A stretch of DNA of 64,000 nt from an uncultured Mycoplasmatota bacterium (GCA_947652325.1 CANTCQ010000001.1:134725-198724), one strand, 5' to 3'; numbered from the stretch's first letter, positions 16,980-26,735 are shown. Translations and numbers: made by a program. Notes: generated by a model not told the origin, from the letters alone.

Positions 16980-19352
16980 ATGCAAGGGAAAACATTAACA
17001 AATGTCATGTTAGAGAAAATGGATGCTTATTTTCGAGCTGCTAATTATTTAAGTGTTGCTCAGCTTTATTTGAAAGATAATCCTCTTTTGGAACGAAAGC
17101 TCTCTTTTGATGATATTAAATCTAAATTAGTAGGGCACTGGGGAACTGTTCCTGGACAAAATTTTTGTTATGTACATTTAAATCGTGTCATTAAAAAATA
17201 TGATTTAAATATGATTTACATTTGTGGGCCAGGGCATGGAGGTCAAGCGGTTGTATCCAATACGTATTTAGAAGGAAGCTATACAGAGTTTTATCCTGAA
17301 ATAACTGAAGATATTAAAGGTCTTACAAAATTATGTAAACAATTTAGTTTCCCTGGCGGAATTGGGTCTCATGCTACTCCTGAAACACCTGGTTCTATTA
17401 ACGAGGGTGGAGAGCTTGGCTATAGTCTTTTGCATGCGTTTGGAGCTGTTTTTGATAATCCAAGCTTAATTGCAGCTTGTGTAATTGGAGATGGAGAAGC
17501 AGAAACGGGACCACTTGCTACTAGTTGGCATTCCAATAAATTTTTAAATCCGATTACAGATGGTGCGGTTTTACCCATACTTCATTTAAACGGCTATAAA
17601 ATTGCCAATCCTACTGTTCTTTCCAGAATAAGTAATGTGGAATTGGATGCTTATTTACGTGGATGTGGTTGGGAGCCGTTTTATGTAAGTGGAGATATAT
17701 CATCAAAAATGCATGAAGATATGGCTACTGTTATGGACTTATGTATTGAAAAAATTAAAGAAATTCAAAATCATGCACGAAAGAAAAGTGACGCTACAAG
17801 ACCGATTTGGCCAATGATTGTACTACGTACTCCAAAAGGCTGGACTGGTCCAAAAGAAATTGATGGTAAGAAGATAGAAGGAAGTTTTAGAGCACATCAA
17901 ATTCCGATTGAAGTAACAAAAGAGCATCCTGAAAGTTTAGAGAGGTTAGAGGCTTGGTTAAAAAGTTATCATCCAGAAGAGTTATTTACTAAAGAAGGAA
18001 AATTAAAAAAAGAATTAAAAGCTTTAGCACCTGTTAGTTTTCAAAGAATGGGAGCAAATCCTAATGCTAATGGTGGTTCTTTATTAATACCTCTTTTTAT
18101 TCCTGATTTTAAAAAGTTTGGTGTACGTGTTACTGCTCCAGGAAATATAGTTGTACAAGATATGAAAGAATTAGGAAATTTTATAAAAGATATTATTGAA
18201 AACAATCGTGAAAAACATAATTTTCGGATTTTTGGTCCGGATGAAGCTCTTTCTAACCGTTTACATTCATTGTTTGAAGTAACAGACCGTCAGTGGAATG
18301 CTTCTATTTTAAATCAAGATGAGTATTTGAAAGAAGAAGGGGTTGTTCTTGATTCTTTTTTATCTGAGCATGCCTGTGAAGGTTGGTTAGAAGGATATTT
18401 GTTAACGGGAAGACATGGTTTTATACATAGTTATGAAGCTTTTATTCGAGTTATTGATTCGATGGTAAGTCAACACGCTAAATGGTTAAAGATGGCTCGT
18501 GATGTTTCTTGGCGGCGTGATATAGCGTCTTTAAATATTATTTTAACTAGTCATGTATGGCAACAAGACCATAATGGCTATACACACCAAGACCCAGGTT
18601 TTTTAAATCATATTATGACTAAAAAAGCAAGTATAGTAAGAGCTTATTTACCACCAGATGCGAATACTTTACTTTCTTGTTTTGCCCATGTTTTACAAAC
18701 CAAAAACTATATAAATGTAATTGTTGCTAGTAAGCATCCAACTCCTCAATGGTTAACTTTGGAAGAAGCAGAAATGCATTGTACTAAAGGGATAGGAATT
18801 TGGGGATTTGCAAGTAACGATAGAGGAGTCGAGCCAGATATTGTAATCGCTACTTGTGGAAATATGCCAACACTTGAAGGACTTGCAGCGGTAAGTATTT
18901 TAAGAGAATATATTCCAAATATAAAAATACGATTTGTAAACGTTGTTGATTTAATGAAATTACAATCAGATTCTTTACACTCCCATGGTTTAAGTGATTT
19001 GGATTATGATAGAATCTTTACAAAAGATAAACCCATTATTTTTGCTTTTCATGGATATCCTAATTTAATTCATGAACTTACTTATCGAAGAGTTAACAAA
19101 AATTTACATGTGCGTGGGTATAATGAAGAAGGAAGTATTACTACTCCATTTGATATGCGAGTTTTAAATGAAGTAGACCGTTATCACTTGGTTTTATTAG
19201 CACTTAATTATTTACCTCAATATGAAAGTAGTAGTGTTTATTGTGCAGAGTATTGTAAAGACAAGTTAATTAAACATCGTGAATATATAAAAGAGTATGG
19301 AGTAGATATGCCAGAAGTATTAAATTGGACTTGGAAAAGTAGTTGCAAGTAA
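16980..19352 (+). CDS. xfp: xylulose-5-phosphate/fructose-6-phosphate phosphoketolase
   Basis: '[12 protein letters not shown]', '[11 protein letters not shown]', 'GPGHGG', 'EGGELGY', 'GDGEAETGP'. The ORF opens at 16890 (TTG), but homology starts at ATG 16980. Confidence 0.95.
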   Translation: MQGKTLTNVMLEKMDAYFRAANYLSVAQLYLKDNPLLERKLSFDDIKSKLVGHWGTVPGQNFCYVHLNRVIKKYDLNMIYICGPGHGGQAVVSNTYLEGSYTEFYPEITEDIKGLTKLCKQFSFPGGIGSHATPETPGSINEGGELGYSLLHAFGAVFDNPSLIAACVIGDGEAETGPLATSWHSNKFLNPITDGAVLPILHLNGYKIANPTVLSRISNVELDAYLRGCGWEPFYVSGDISSKMHEDMATVMDLCIEKIKEIQNHARKKSDATRPIWPMIVLRTPKGWTGPKEIDGKKIEGSFRAHQIPIEVTKEHPESLERLEAWLKSYHPEELFTKEGKLKKELKALAPVSFQRMGANPNANGGSLLIPLFIPDFKKFGVRVTAPGNIVVQDMKELGNFIKDIIENNREKHNFRIFGPDEALSNRLHSLFEVTDRQWNASILNQDEYLKEEGVVLDSFLSEHACEGWLEGYLLTGRHGFIHSYEAFIRVIDSMVSQHAKWLKMARDVSWRRDIASLNIILTSHVWQQDHNGYTHQDPGFLNHIMTKKASIVRAYLPPDANTLLSCFAHVLQTKNYINVIVASKHPTPQWLTLEEAEMHCTKGIGIWGFASNDRGVEPDIVIATCGNMPTLEGLAAVSILREYIPNIKIRFVNVVDLMKLQSDSLHSHGLSDLDYDRIFTKDKPIIFAFHGYPNLIHELTYRRVNKNLHVRGYNEEGSITTPFDMRVLNEVDRYHLVLLALNYLPQYESSSVYCAEYCKDKLIKHREYIKEYGVDMPEVLNWTWKSSCK

Positions 19353-19405
19353 AATAAGTACAATGAAGTACTTTTGATAAAAAAAATAAACCAATTTTCT
19401 GTGAA

Positions 19406-19615
19406 TCATTGGTCTATTTTTTTTGTATTTATCGCTTGGTATCCTTTAGGTGTTTCAATCAATTCAAATTCTACCTCATCATCTTTTTTTAAAGTTTTAT
19501 ATCCATTTTGAATGATAGAGGAATAGTGTACAAAAATATCTTCATTGTCTGTATATTTAATAAAACCATAACCTTTTTCATCTTTAAACCACTTAACACG
19601 ACTTCTCAAACTCAT
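19406..19615 (-). CDS. cold-shock domain protein
   Basis: 'VKWFKDEKGYGFI' and 'DIFVHYSSI' (RNP1/RNP2). GAGGTG RBS before ATG 19615. The longer ORF to 19714 overlaps the kinase gene. Confidence 0.9.
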   Translation of the reverse strand: MSLRSRVKWFKDEKGYGFIKYTDNEDIFVHYSSIIQNGYKTLKKDDEVEFELIETPKGYQAINTKKIDQ

Positions 19616-19704
19616 ACACCTCGCTTTCGCATTTTTATGATAACATAAATAAAAGTCAAAAAAAGACCCTTGAAGATAATGTGTTAAATATAGGGTATAA
19701 TTTG

Positions 19705-20976
19705 CTATTTGCATTTTTTTATTAAAATTTTTTGAACAAAAAAGTTATCAATAACACTCGTTTCTTTTGAAAATGTATCACTATATTTTATGATATTTTG
19801 GAATATATAAAGACCCATTCCTCTATTATCTCCTTTACTACTAAAGCCTTTTTCTTCCATTCTATCTAAAGCGATATGTTTAAAAGTGTTGGCAAGTAGA
19901 AACACAATTGTTTCTTTTTCTTTATAAAAATGCAAACTTATCATTTTTTCGTTACTTTCTAAACTCGCTTCAATTGCATTGTCTAAAATAATGCCTAAAA
20001 GGGTGTATAAATCGTTTTTTTCTTTGCTCGTTAGAAAATCATCTTTTATTTTGGCGATTTCTTCTGAGATATAAATCTCTACATCAATTTTTAATTCTTT
20101 CATTTGTAATAATTTAAAATTAATTAGTCCTTTTGCTCCAGCAATTGGAATATTTTTAAGTTCAGATAACCACCTGTAATGATTTACTACTTTTTCTTCT
20201 AAAAGAGTGTCGATATATTTTTGTAGTTCTTTATTTTTTTTATCTGTAAGACTTTTTATAATAAGTAATTTATTTTTATATTCATGAACAAAGCTTTTGT
20301 ATTCTGTTAAAAGACCTTCCGTGAATTCGGAATATTCTACCATTTTGTTATAATTTTTTTCTAAATCGTTATTTTTCTCTTTTTCATGAAACAAAATAAA
20401 AACTAAATTAATAATAATAATAAATAAAAATAAATTCATATATAAGTGTAAATTTGAATGAATTTGGTAATGTGTTAGTCGAATTGATGTCACTAAAAAA
20501 AGTCCTATGTTGTTTAAAATTATTTTTGAGAGTAAACTTTTATTTTTATAAATATAGTGGATATTGATAATTTCTTTAATATAATTTTGAAAGATAAGTA
20601 CTGCCAAAAAACTAAGAATGGTTGTACATTTATTTAAAAAAAATAAAGAAGGGATAGGGATATGTAAAATTGTTAGGGTGATGTAAAAAAGAAGTTCAAA
20701 AATAAAACGAATCAAATATATCGTAATGATAATGGGAAGAATGGGTTGATTGTTTTTTCTAAACTCAAAAAAAACAAAAAGAAAACTTAATAAAATATAA
20801 ATAGCAAAAGATGTGAGTGGCTCTGAGTAGGTAAAGTTTATCATATATAAAAAAGCAAAAATGAAGATTCTAATAAAGGATATTCCATATTTTTTCTTAT
20901 GTTTTATTAGTAGGTGTGTCGTTAGAAAAATATAGGAAAAAATCCATAATCCCATACTATAACTATTCCAGTTCAT
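19705..20976 (-). CDS. AgrC/ComD-type (HPK10) membrane sensor histidine kinase
   Basis: N-terminal ~200 aa holds six to seven hydrophobic helices. C-terminal GHKL ATPase has N-box 'LGIILDNAIEA' and G-box 'SSKGDNRGMGL'. It overlaps the LytTR regulator gene by 14 nt. Confidence 0.85.
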   Translation of the reverse strand: MNWNSYSMGLWIFSYIFLTTHLLIKHKKKYGISFIRIFIFAFLYMINFTYSEPLTSFAIYILLSFLFVFFEFRKNNQPILPIIITIYLIRFIFELLFYITLTILHIPIPSLFFLNKCTTILSFLAVLIFQNYIKEIINIHYIYKNKSLLSKIILNNIGLFLVTSIRLTHYQIHSNLHLYMNLFLFIIIINLVFILFHEKEKNNDLEKNYNKMVEYSEFTEGLLTEYKSFVHEYKNKLLIIKSLTDKKNKELQKYIDTLLEEKVVNHYRWLSELKNIPIAGAKGLINFKLLQMKELKIDVEIYISEEIAKIKDDFLTSKEKNDLYTLLGIILDNAIEASLESNEKMISLHFYKEKETIVFLLANTFKHIALDRMEEKGFSSKGDNRGMGLYIFQNIIKYSDTFSKETSVIDNFFVQKILIKKCK

Positions 20977-21706
20977 AATTATTTTCCTTTTTTAATTTTT
21001 CTTTTAAGTCTTTTTTCTTATTTCTGGAAAGTAAGTCAGTTTTATAATTTTGAAAATAAATGCAATTGTTTGTGAAGTCTACTTTTTCAATATTTTTAAG
21101 ATTTACAATACAACTTTGATGTGTTTTAAAAAAATCAGGATTTGATAATAGTTCTGTTTCAATTTTTGTAATACTTTGTTTGAGTTTATATGCTTTTTTA
21201 GGGGTGATAATCGAAGTATAATTATGATTTAGGTCTTTTTCAAAAAACAGAATATCATGATAGGGGATTTGATAAAGTTCATTATTATAAATAAATTTAA
21301 AGGATTTATGTCGCGAATGAATTCGTAAAGCAACTACAATAGCTTCTTCAATTTTATCTTCTACATAATCTTTTTTTGTAATAAAATCAAGCATTAAAAT
21401 TTTACTTGTAAATCCTTCTTCTTTAAAACATTCATGAGAAGTTATCATTATCATTTGACTTTCCCAGTCACCAGCATCTCTTATTTCTCTTGCTAAATCT
21501 AATCCAGATTTTCCCGGGACTTCCATATCCAAAAGAAATATATTTTTTCCTAGTAAATCATCTAATTTCTTTTTGGCTTCTTTGGTGTATTTGTCAATGA
21601 TTAGGATTTGGTATTTATCTTCTTTGTGGCCTATTATATTTAATATGGCGTGTTTATAGTGTTCTTGCCATTTTTTATCATCTTCATAAATTATAAAATT
21701 AATCAT
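20963..21706 (-). CDS. LytTR-family response regulator (AgrA-like)
   Basis: Receiver domain ('IFLLDMEVPGKSGLDLAREIR') plus a C-terminal LytTR DNA-binding domain ('ILFFEKD...HQSCIVNLKNIEKVD'). Confidence 0.9.
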   Translation of the reverse strand: MINFIIYEDDKKWQEHYKHAILNIIGHKEDKYQILIIDKYTKEAKKKLDDLLGKNIFLLDMEVPGKSGLDLAREIRDAGDWESQMIMITSHECFKEEGFTSKILMLDFITKKDYVEDKIEEAIVVALRIHSRHKSFKFIYNNELYQIPYHDILFFEKDLNHNYTSIITPKKAYKLKQSITKIETELLSNPDFFKTHQSCIVNLKNIEKVDFTNNCIYFQNYKTDLLSRNKKKDLKEKLKKENNYELE

Positions 21707-21876
21707 ATTGTTTCACCTGATTTTTATACAGTACTATGAAAGTGTATCATAAAAATAAAAAAATTTTTTCGATTTTTTATAAATAATATATTTTTTTGTC
21801 TAAATTTGTTTTTAAATGTTAAAAATGAAGTTGAATGAAGAATGTTTTATGATTAAAATATTAGTAGGTGATTTAA

Positions 21877-22182
21877 ATGATTTGCAAACGTTGTGGGGCT
21901 TCTCTTCCAAGTATAGGTTTTTTGTGTACAAATTGTGGATTTATGATGGATGCAGAGCAAATAAAAAAACAAAAAGAACTTATGAAATTGAATAAGCAAA
22001 GTAAAAATATAGAAATGCTTAGTACAAGATATGGGTATCGAGATAATTTATATGAAAATAGAGAAAAAGAAAAACGAAATTTTCCGAAGGTTTTATTGTT
22101 ATTATTTTTGTTCCTGTTCTTTCTTGTTTGTTTTGCATTGTTTATTTTTAACTTTTTGGGGAAGAATAGTGTTAGGTGGTAA
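21877..22182 (+). CDS. zinc-ribbon protein with C-terminal transmembrane anchor
   Basis: 'CKRCG...CTNCG' N-terminal zinc ribbon. Hydrophobic 'VLLLLFLFLFFLVCFALFIF' near the C-terminus. AGGTGA RBS. Confidence 0.65.
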   Translation: MICKRCGASLPSIGFLCTNCGFMMDAEQIKKQKELMKLNKQSKNIEMLSTRYGYRDNLYENREKEKRNFPKVLLLLFLFLFFLVCFALFIFNFLGKNSVRW

Positions 22183-22186
22183 AAAT

Positions 22187-22702
22187 ATGGAGTTATTCTT
22201 TTTGTGTATTAAAATTTTTTTTGCTCGTATATTAGATGTTTCTATAGGAACAGTTAGAACTATGCTTATGGTAAAGGGACGTACCGTTATTATGGTAGTT
22301 CTTGCTTTTTTAGAAGTATTTATTTGGTTTTTGGTTGCAAGAGAAGCTCTTATTACTGATGTAAAAAGTATTTTGATACCGATTGCTTATTCTTTAGGAT
22401 ATGCAACGGGAACATTTATTGGAGCGTATCTTTCTAATACTTTTATTAAAGGAATTGTTGGGGTACAAGTTGTCATCGAAAAAGGTAACAAGGCTCTTTT
22501 GGGAGCTATAAGAAAGCATGGATATGCTGTTTCAGTTATCGATTTAAAAGATGACTTTCAAGGGAATAAACGGGATATGTTGTTTTTTCAAATTAACAAT
22601 CGAAATTTAAAAGGACTTATTCATCTTATAAAGAAATATGATGAAAGAGCGTTTATTGTTGTTAATGATACTAAGGCAGTTCAAAATGGTTTTATTAAAT
22701 AA
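22187..22702 (+). CDS. UPF0316/DUF2179-family membrane protein
   Basis: 'FFARILDVSIGTVRTMLMVKGR' start typical of UPF0316 (YebE-like), three TM helices, and a C-terminal DUF2179-like domain. ATG 22187 is chosen because the upstream extension overlaps the preceding gene. Confidence 0.7.
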   Translation: MELFFLCIKIFFARILDVSIGTVRTMLMVKGRTVIMVVLAFLEVFIWFLVAREALITDVKSILIPIAYSLGYATGTFIGAYLSNTFIKGIVGVQVVIEKGNKALLGAIRKHGYAVSVIDLKDDFQGNKRDMLFFQINNRNLKGLIHLIKKYDERAFIVVNDTKAVQNGFIK

Positions 22703-22895
22703 TCAAATGTTTGTAAACTCTTCTAATTGAAGTGTTTTTTTGTTTCAAAAATATGTTATAATTTTTTTAGAAAAAATAGTTAAATATTTCTATATACTTT
22801 TTGGTAATTTTTAGTAGAAAAAAAATATTTGACTTTTTTTAATGACTATGATAACATAGGTGCCAATTTAAATGAATTTTATGTATTTTGGTATT

Positions 22896-22930
22896 TTGTA
22901 TAAAAATAAGATACTGATATTTTTATACAA
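22896..22930. promoter_or_regulatory. perfect 12-bp inverted repeat (candidate operator or 5'-UTR hairpin)
   Basis: TTGTATAAAAAT-N11-ATTTTTATACAA, directly upstream of the repeat-lipoprotein gene. Confidence 0.6.
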
Positions 22931-22959
22931 TGAAGGAAAAAGGAGATAGATTTTTAAAT

Positions 22960-25230
22960 ATGAAACAAGTAAAACATAAAAAAACTTTAAAGAATATATT
23001 GGGACAAGCTAAAGTGATGCTTGCTACAGTAGGACTTACTGGTTCTTTGGTAATGTCTGGTTGTGGATGTGGTGAAAAAAGAACTGAAGATATTTTTGCT
23101 CCAAGTTTAGAAGATTTAATTGATAAAGAAAATGCAAAACCTTTAGTAGAAAATGAAAAACTAATAGAAGAACAACAAACGAACAAAGAAAAAAAACAAC
23201 AAGATTTAAAAGAAGATATCAAAAGTAACAATACCATAGATTTATCAAATTATACGGGATATAGTTTAGATGAAGCTTTAGAGTCTATTGGATTAAAGCC
23301 TACACCAGAGCTTAAAGCAGAATTAGCAGCTTCTCTTGGAATTGATCCATACCTTAAAACAGCAGAACAAAATCTACTTATTTTACAAAGTTTAGGTGCT
23401 ACCATAAATGTTGGTGGTGTTGAACAACAAGTTATTATTAATGAAAATGGAGAGTTTATAGTTGTTCCAGTTGGGGAAGAAAAAAAGAAACAAGAAGAAA
23501 ATGAAATTGCTTCTAATAAAATCGAAACTCCAGAACGTCAAGACCCAGAAAAACTAGAAGATGACGTAAAACCTGTTATTGGTGGTAATGATAACAACGA
23601 TTCTGAAAATCAAAAACCAGGTAATAATGAAGATAAAGATAAAAATGATTCTGAAAATCAAAAACCAGGTAACAATGAAGATAAAGATAAAAATGATTCT
23701 GAAAATCAAAAACCAGGTAATGATGATACGAAACCGAACCCTGAAGACCATGAACATAAATATACCGAAGAAGTTCCAGGTACAAGAATAGCAAAGGCAA
23801 ATGGAGATGGAACACACAACGTATATGCTGATATGAAATGCCCAGAAGATGGAAGTATTCAAAAACAAGTATTAATAGAAAAAAATGTAGTGTGTAAACC
23901 TGGAACAGAAACGTTTACTGAAATAGTAAATGGAGTTGAATACGAATTTGAAATATGTGTAGATGGATGTGGAACAAAAGTTAATTATCGTGTAAAGAAA
24001 CCAGTTCATGACCATAAATATACTGAAGAAGTTCCAGGTACAAGAATAGTAAAGGCAAATGGAGATGGAACACACAACGTATATGCTGATATGAAATGCC
24101 CAGAAGATGGAAGTATTCAAAAACAAGTATTAATAGAAAAAAATGTAGTGTGTAAACCTGGAACAGAAACGTTTACTGAAATAGTAAATGGAGTTGAATA
24201 CGAATTTGAAATATGTGTAGATGGATGTGGAACAAAAGTTAATTATCGTGTAAAGAAACCAGACCATAACCATAAATATACTGAAGAAGTTCCAGGTACA
24301 AGAATAGCAAAGGCAAATGGAGATGGAACACACAACGTATATGCTGATATGAAATGCCCAGAAGATGGAAGTATTCAAAAACAAGTATTAATAGAAAAAA
24401 ATGTAGTGTGTAAACCTGGAACAGAAACGTTTACTGAAATAGTAAATGGAGTTGAATACGAATTTGAAATATGTGTAGATGGATGTGGAACAAAAGTTAA
24501 TTATCGTGTAAAGAAACCAGTTCATGACCATAAATATACTGAAGAAGTTCCAGGTACAAGAATAGTAAAGGCAAATGGAGATGGAACACACAACGTATAT
24601 GCTGATATGAAATGTCCAGAAGATGGAGATATTCAAAAACAAGTTGTTATTATTGAATCAGAACTTTGCGTATCTGATGGTAACATACATACAGTAACTA
24701 TAGGAGATGAAGTGTGGGAACAGGAGTTTTGTCCTCACTGTGGGTATTTAATTAGTTCTAAATTAGTACATAAACATGATTTTGTTTCTCAACCAATTGA
24801 AGGATGTATTGGTTCTTCCAAATTTTCATGCGGTTGTGGGGCAGAAAAAGATATAAATGTTGTTCCTCATGTTCCAGGTGCAGAAGAAATCACACAAATT
24901 GGAGATATGCTTGCTTATAGAATTGTTTGTATTAATTGTGGTTGGACGATTGAATCTGGTGTACGTCCAATTGATACAAATGATGAATTAGAAGCAAAAT
25001 GTGAGGCAATTATTCAACAATATAAAGATACTGAAGATAGCCAAACGAATACGATTGAGTCAAGTGATGGAAATGGGGACTCAATTCCAACAGGTGAAGT
25101 AATACAGATAGACGATGGTCAAGTGAATATGGAAGAAACAAGTAGTGGTAGTGAAGGTGGAGAGCCAGATGCTGAAGATTTAGAAGAAAGTGCTACTCTA
25201 TCTCGTATACTTTCTAGACCTAGGATTTAA
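22960..25230 (+). CDS. repeat-containing Cys/His-rich lipoprotein
   Basis: Signal peptide plus lipobox 'LTGSLVMSG-C'. Contains 3 x 16-aa 'NDSENQKPGNNEDKDK' and ~3.5 x 86-aa units with four Cys and an HxH motif each. The C-terminal part has 'CPHCG', 'SCGCG' and 'CINCG', then an acidic tail. GGAGA precedes ATG 22960; the ORF opens at 22930. Confidence 0.8.
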   Translation: MKQVKHKKTLKNILGQAKVMLATVGLTGSLVMSGCGCGEKRTEDIFAPSLEDLIDKENAKPLVENEKLIEEQQTNKEKKQQDLKEDIKSNNTIDLSNYTGYSLDEALESIGLKPTPELKAELAASLGIDPYLKTAEQNLLILQSLGATINVGGVEQQVIINENGEFIVVPVGEEKKKQEENEIASNKIETPERQDPEKLEDDVKPVIGGNDNNDSENQKPGNNEDKDKNDSENQKPGNNEDKDKNDSENQKPGNDDTKPNPEDHEHKYTEEVPGTRIAKANGDGTHNVYADMKCPEDGSIQKQVLIEKNVVCKPGTETFTEIVNGVEYEFEICVDGCGTKVNYRVKKPVHDHKYTEEVPGTRIVKANGDGTHNVYADMKCPEDGSIQKQVLIEKNVVCKPGTETFTEIVNGVEYEFEICVDGCGTKVNYRVKKPDHNHKYTEEVPGTRIAKANGDGTHNVYADMKCPEDGSIQKQVLIEKNVVCKPGTETFTEIVNGVEYEFEICVDGCGTKVNYRVKKPVHDHKYTEEVPGTRIVKANGDGTHNVYADMKCPEDGDIQKQVVIIESELCVSDGNIHTVTIGDEVWEQEFCPHCGYLISSKLVHKHDFVSQPIEGCIGSSKFSCGCGAEKDINVVPHVPGAEEITQIGDMLAYRIVCINCGWTIESGVRPIDTNDELEAKCEAIIQQYKDTEDSQTNTIESSDGNGDSIPTGEVIQIDDGQVNMEETSSGSEGGEPDAEDLEESATLSRILSRPRI
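23596..23727 (+). repeat. 48-bp in-frame tandem repeat (2.7 copies)
   Basis: Units start at 23596, 23644 and 23692 and differ by 1-2 nt. Confidence 0.9.
23749..24645 (+). repeat. 258-bp in-frame tandem repeat (~3.5 near-identical copies)
   Basis: The landmark CATAAATAT recurs at 23755, 24013, 24271 and 24529, an exact 258-bp period. Only a handful of substitutions separate the units. Confidence 0.95.
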
Positions 25231-25261
25231 TCGGGATTTATCGTGCTTAACCATATAATAA

Positions 25262-25900
25262 ATGAAAGTGGTGAAAGAAATGAAAAAGGGAAATAAATGG
25301 TATCATTCATTTAGTAATTGGCTTATCATTATTGCCTGTGTAATACTAGTTCCTATGTTGGTAATGAATTTAAGTATTATGTTTCAAGCTAAAACAAAAA
25401 AAGATGTTGTTCCAAGTATATTTGGAATAAAACCTTTCATCGTTTTATCTGGTTCAATGGAAACAGAAATACATAAAGGAGATATGATATTAACCAAAAT
25501 AGTTGACCCTGCATCGTTAGGAGTAGATGATGTTATTGCTTTTCGAGATGCAGAAGGAACTGTTACTACGCACCGGGTTATTGATGTTGTGGTAGAAAAT
25601 GGAGAAACATTTTTTATTACAAAAGGTGATAACAATAGTACCCAAGATAAAAATTTGGTAGAACTTAGTGACGTAGAAGGTTTATATATAGGTAGAATTC
25701 CAGGAATTGGTTCTATGATGGATAGCTTATCAGAACCAACAACAATTATTATTGTTGTTTTAGGAATTACCATGATATTTGTAATTGGTTTCTCTATTTC
25801 TAATAAGAAACAAAGAGAAATTGAAAGAAAAGAATTCTTAGAATACAAAAAAAGAAAAGAATTGGAAGAAAAGAATTCTGAAAATAAAAGTAAGTCTTAG
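25262..25900 (+). CDS. sipW: SipW-type (archaeal/ER-type, S26B) signal peptidase I, copy 1
   Basis: N-terminal TM, 'LSGSMETEIHKGD' (catalytic Ser), 'TTHRVID' (catalytic His), 'ITKGDNNSTQD', a second TM and a basic tail. Confidence 0.85.
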   Translation: MKVVKEMKKGNKWYHSFSNWLIIIACVILVPMLVMNLSIMFQAKTKKDVVPSIFGIKPFIVLSGSMETEIHKGDMILTKIVDPASLGVDDVIAFRDAEGTVTTHRVIDVVVENGETFFITKGDNNSTQDKNLVELSDVEGLYIGRIPGIGSMMDSLSEPTTIIIVVLGITMIFVIGFSISNKKQREIERKEFLEYKKRKELEEKNSENKSKS

Positions 25901-26030
25901 AAAGACTTAAATGAATATGCGTAAACTGCCCTTTGGGCGTTTACATAGATTTGGAAGTACATAACTTCCTGTCGCATAACAGAAAAGTTATGCATTATAA
26001 AGAAGAAATTTCGAGGGGAGGTGAAAAAGA

Positions 26031-26720
26031 ATGAAAAAGAAAATGATGGTACTAGGTGGTTTATTAATGGCTGTTGCAATTACAGGTTATTCAGTAAGTG
26101 GAACTTATGCTAAATATATCTCAGCTTTAGATACTATTACTGATAGTGCTAGAGTTGCTAAATTTAGTTTTAAGTTACAAGATAAAGACGGTGCTGATTG
26201 GACAGATACTACAACAGTTGATTTATTTAAAACTGCTTATAATAATAATGCAATTCAAAGTGCTGATACTGATAAAGTTATAGGTCCAGGAGCAACTGGT
26301 GAATATACTTTTACTATTAATGGTACAGCAGAAACTGCTTATACAGTAAAAATTGCAGCAGAAGCTACAGACAAAGATGGAAATGCTATTAATTCAGATT
26401 TAGCAGACCAAATTAAGTTTACTTTAACTAAAAATGGTACAGCTGTTAGCGGTGTAGAAAAAGTTTCTTTAGCTACTTTAGTTGCTGAATTAAATAAAAC
26501 TGATGGAAGTGCAATCGTTGCTGCCAATACAGCATTAAATGACACTTACAAAATTAATTGGGAGTGGGCATTTGATGATGCATCTGCTACAAAAGATGAA
26601 GTAACTAATGCTAATAACCAAAAAGATACAGGATTAGGTTCAAAAGAAACATTAGATACAATTAAATTAACTATCGATGTTACAGTTGCACAATCTGCAA
26701 CTGCTCCAACAATGCCTTAA
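26031..26720 (+). CDS. TasA/camelysin-like secreted protein, putative major fibre subunit
   Basis: Strong GGGGAGGTG RBS. Signal 'MKKKMMVLGGLLMAVAITGYSVSGTYAKYIS' resembles the SipW-cognate class. 'IGPGATGEYTFTI', 'WEWAFD', and a C-terminal 'LTIDVTVAQ'. Confidence 0.65.
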   Translation: MKKKMMVLGGLLMAVAITGYSVSGTYAKYISALDTITDSARVAKFSFKLQDKDGADWTDTTTVDLFKTAYNNNAIQSADTDKVIGPGATGEYTFTINGTAETAYTVKIAAEATDKDGNAINSDLADQIKFTLTKNGTAVSGVEKVSLATLVAELNKTDGSAIVAANTALNDTYKINWEWAFDDASATKDEVTNANNQKDTGLGSKETLDTIKLTIDVTVAQSATAPTMP

Positions 26721-26735
26721 TCAGTATTAAAAAGA

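Noticed and set aside
21816-21995. Small ORF starting at 21816 as a candidate AgrD-like autoinducer precursor
   Set aside because: It has no RBS, overlaps the zinc-ribbon gene out of frame, and has no amphipathic leader or Cys-containing AIP-like core.
22031-22186. Long upstream extension of the UPF0316 gene, and similar extensions at 26787, 34668, 16890 and 19714
   Set aside because: The extensions overlap upstream genes, promoters or terminators and lack an RBS. Internal ATG or TTG codons with good Shine-Dalgarno sequences coincide with the onset of family homology.
23554-24642. Family of minus-strand ORFs (104, 79, 84, 84, 84 aa) and plus-strand ORF 23579-23791
   Set aside because: They are reiterated only because they lie antisense or out of frame to the 48-bp and 258-bp tandem repeats of the lipoprotein gene. 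They have no RBS and low-complexity F/I/Y-rich translations.
23596-24645. Possible CRISPR array
   Set aside because: The repeats are contiguous with no unique spacers. They are 48 and 258 bp long, in frame inside a long ORF, and no cas genes are nearby.
25384-25848. 154-aa minus-strand ORF
   Set aside because: It is antisense to the well-supported sipW-1 gene and has no RBS or motif.
25901-26030. c-di-GMP riboswitch assignment for the subunit-gene leader
   Set aside because: Stem-loops are present, but I could not recognise the conserved GEMM-I or GEMM-II core nucleotides by eye. It is kept only as a structured leader to be scanned.
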